DNA of 64,000 nt from Macrostomum lignano (taxonomy: Eukaryota): contig NIVC01000645.1 in assembly GCA_002269645.1 (NCBI GenBank), forward strand, positions 231,719-295,718, written 5' to 3'. The notes beneath the pieces are model-generated. The model was not told the origin of the DNA. It saw only the letters and a program-made list of their open reading frames with translations, and did not search any database. The position numbers were made by a program, and so were the translations under genes. How positions within the stretch are numbered: position 1 is the stretch's first letter; each line of letters begins with the position of its first letter. Below, piece by piece: positions 60,961 through 64,000 of the stretch.

Positions 60961-63526
60961 TCATTCCCAGCTCAGTGAAGGGAGTGAAGTTTCGTTATAG
61001 AGAACGATCGAGCTGGGATACTGAGTGCACTGCTGGGCTGCGGCCAACTCTGCTGATGGGACAGGAAATTCGCCTTGGCTGAGAGCGAGGTGAATGCGGA
61101 TTAGATAAGGGGAGAGATGATGGAGAGTGAGGGGAGTGGGGGAGAGAGTGAGGGCGAGTAAAGAGGAGAGTGTGAGAGAGAGTGAGGGAGAGATTGAAGG
61201 AGAGCGTGGGGGTGAGGACAGTGATGAGGAGTGAGGGGAGTGGGGGAAGTGAGGAATAGAGTGAAGGGAGTGAGGGAGAGAGTGAGGGGAGTGAGGGAGA
61301 GTAAGGGAGAGAGTGGGGGAGAGAGTGAGGGAGAGAGTAAGGGAGAGAGTGAGGGAGAGAGTAAGGGAGAGAGTGGGGGAGAGAGTGAGGGAAAGAGTAA
61401 GGGAGAGAGTGGGGGAGAGAGTGGGGGAGAGAGTGAGGGAGAGAGTGGGGGAGAGAGTGAGGGAGAGAGTAAGGGAGAGAGTGAGGGAGAGAGTGAGGGA
61501 GAGAGTGGGGGAGAGAGTGAGGGAGAGAGTAAGGGAGAGAGTGAGGGAGAGAGTGAGGGAGAGAGTAAGGGAGAGAATGGGGGAGAGAGTGGGGGAGAGA
61601 GTGAGGGAGAGAGTAAGGGAGAGAGTGAGGGAGAGAGTGGGGGAGAGAGTGAGGGAGAGAGTAAGGGAGAGAGTGAGGGAGAGAGTGAGGGAGAGAGTAA
61701 GGGAGAGAATGGGGGAGAGAGTGGGGGAGAGTGAGGGAGAGAGTGGGGGAGAGAGTGGGGGAGAGAGTGAGGGAGAGAGTGGGGGAGAGAGTGAGGGAGA
61801 GAGTGGGGGAGAGAGTGAGGGAGAGAGTGAGGGAGAGAGTAAGGGAGAGAGTAGGGGAGAGAGTGAGGGAGAGAGTAAGGGAGAGAGTGGGGAGAGAGTG
61901 AGGGAGAGAGTAAGGGAGAGAGTGGGGGAGAGAGTGGGGGAGAGAGTGAGGGAGAGAGTGGGGGAGAGAGTGGGGGAGAGAGTGAGGGAGAGAGTAAGGG
62001 AGAGAGTGGGGGAGAGAGTGAGGGAGAGAGTAAGGGAGAGAGTGAGGGGACTTAGCAAAAGACGTGTCCCGAACGAGAATTGAGAGTCGCTCACAGAGGG
62101 ACGAAATGAACGATTTTAAGTGCAGCAGTACTTTCTCTTCATATAATAGATTTGTACTCAAATAAGAGCTCAAAAATATATCCCGTCACCATTGCGTGAC
62201 CCGGCATTCGTGTCTTAGCGTATACTTTATGAAATTCCCTATAGGGGGCTGTCAAGTTCTTAAGCGGCTTCACCCCCCCCCGATCTCTGAGCCTCGCTTC
62301 CGCCTCGCGGCGCTCGCCTGCTCAAAATGCTCCATCAAATCTCAGACAAGATTTTTGGCATCGCTCTCAACAGTGCTCACCTTGACAGCGCACTTGAAAT
62401 TATTGAGAAGAATTGCGTGATAGAGTGCTTCGTATGCAGCCTGGCCACTGCAGATTGTGTTGCTGGTTGCCAGGTAGCTGGTCAAGCTTTAATGCCTTAA
62501 TGTGGACTTTATAGGGAGGGAAATTTGAAGCGAAACTAATTCGAAAGAGTGACCTTCTGTGAGACTGGAGTGACTCACGTGCTGGGGCTGGAAAAGAAAT
62601 GAGAGAAAAGGGAGAGGCAAGAGAAGGGAGAGGCAGAGAGAAGAGAGAGGGGGAGAACGGAGAGGGTGAGAGGTAGAGGACAGAGAGGGTGAGAGGTAGA
62701 GGACAGAGAGGGGTGAGAGGTAGAGGACAGAGAGGGGTCAGGTAGAGGACAGAGAGAGGTGAGAGGTAGAGGACAGAGAGGTGAGAGGTAGAGGACAGAG
62801 AGAGGTGAGAGGTAGAGGACAGAGAGGTGAGAGGTAGAGGACAGAGAGAGGTGAGAGGTAGAGGACAGAGAGAGGTGAGAGGTAGAGGACAGAGAGAGGT
62901 GAGGTAGAGGACAGAGAGGTGAGAGGTAGAGGACAGAGAGAGGTGAGAGGTAGAGGACAGAGAGAGGTGAGAGGTAGAGGACAGAGAGGTGAGAGGTAGA
63001 GGACAGAGAGAGGTGAGAGGTAGAGGACAGAGAGGGGTCAGGTAGAGGACAGAGAGATGTGAGAGGTAGAGGACAGAGAGAGGTGAGAGGTAGAGGACAG
63101 AGAGGGGTCAGGTAGAGGACAGAGAGAGGTGAGAGGTAGAGGACAGAGAGAGGTGAGAGGTAGAGGACAGAGAGAGGTGAGAGGTAGAGGACAGAGAGAG
63201 GTGAGAGGTAGAGGACAGAGAGAGGTGAGAGGTAGAGGACAGAGAGGGGTCAGGTAGAGGACAGAGAGAGGTGAGAGGTATAGGACAGAGAAAGGTGAGA
63301 GGTAGAAGGCAGAGAGGGTGAGAGGTAGAGGACAGAGAGGTAGAGGACAGAGAGGTAGAGGACAGAGAGGTACATAAAATATCTTTCTTAGCGTTGGGCA
63401 GCCATCCAAGGCCCATACATTCTTGTGGTGCAGCAGACCACGGCTGCAATCCAGTGCCAATTCTTGGCACGCAAAAGTACCTTCACCGACCCGAGAATTA
63501 GCCGAACTGGAATCAACTTGTCTCAT
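60961..63526 (-). CDS. Possible 3' exons of an unidentified minus-strand gene extending past the right edge
   Basis: Candidate exons 63526-63481, 62392-62381 (12 nt) and 61073-60961 have GT/AG flanks and compatible phase 1. The spaces between them are filled with repeat arrays like the other introns here. No homology recognised. Confidence 0.25.
61100..62050. repeat. 12-bp purine-rich repeat (gggagagagt[g/a][a/g])
   Basis: Tandem array. Confidence 0.95.
62660..63370. repeat. 22-24-bp purine-rich minisatellite (gagaggtagaggacagagagaggt)
   Basis: Tandem array. Confidence 0.95.
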
Positions 63527-64000
63527 CTGGCAGCTGCGCAGGGTGCAAAGCGAACCCGCTAATTTGCACTTTGAAAGCAGCGTAGACAGCTAAAAGCAAC
63601 AAGTGGTCCTGAAAGAAATCCAAAAAGCAAACTCCACGTCCCCGCCGCATGTAGCTGCTGATAAAGTGCCGCGCGGTTGCAGCAAGGCGGGTTGGCAATG
63701 AAAGCGGCCATCATGACTATTTAAAAAGAAGAGAGTAAACAGTTTATGAAAAACCCGCTTGTGTGTATTGCGGGGCAGGTATATTTATGATTTATTTATA
63801 CAGTGGGTTCAGTTGGGCTGACAGCGATCTGAGCTGCTGCAATGACGGATGATTATGGCTTTTTGCGTAACGGTTTTGTGCAGAAGCAAGTCATCAACAC
63901 GCTTTTGAATGCTTTGCTGATGGTTACTAACATTCTTTGCTTCAGAGCCAGCTTGAAGACTCAACAGCGTCACCGGCTGTACCTGCATCAGCTGTCGTTT

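Noticed and set aside
59494-63526. 200-390-aa low-complexity ORFs (HSADLT, LSLTLS, ERVR, CPLPL)
   Set aside because: Products of 12-, 24- and 26-bp arrays.

Overview
Eukaryotic (metazoan) genomic DNA: GC3-rich exons separated by introns largely filled with minisatellites. About 40 tandem arrays cover roughly a third of the window by my coordinate tally. This style suggests the flatworm Macrostomum lignano, but that is inference only. I reconstructed six spliced genes with GT-AG junctions and consistent intron phase. (1) CFAP210/CCDC173 (minus, runs off the left edge) sits head-to-head with (2) CCT3 across a 404-bp gap. (3) A 244-aa orphan Cys/acid-rich protein. (4) A 9-exon class-V aminotransferase/cysteine-desulfurase-like protein lacking the PLP lysine. 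(5) A VGLUT-like SLC17 transporter whose ATG lies inside a perfect RFX X-box. (6) A membrane-anchored double-domain METTL24/FkbM-type methyltransferase with a 1-nt frameshift; both of its introns carry mutually complementary repeats. Also present are a partial F-type lectin gene (fucose His replaced by Ala) and a 299-aa orphan ORF holding a 27-bp-periodic CCAAT array. The 23-32 kb region is a TE nest: a solo LTR (TG..CA, 4-bp TSD) inserted into a Helitron-like minisatellite-bearing element, two related LTR-like segments densely loaded with AP-1/MEF2/SRF/CRE/Fox motifs, and a tRNA-derived CORE-like SINE (3 copies in the window). The best leads are fold-back minisatellite introns, LTRs carrying immediate-early-type enhancer grammar, and X-boxes in unusual positions. 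No CRISPR, rRNA or intact tRNA was found.
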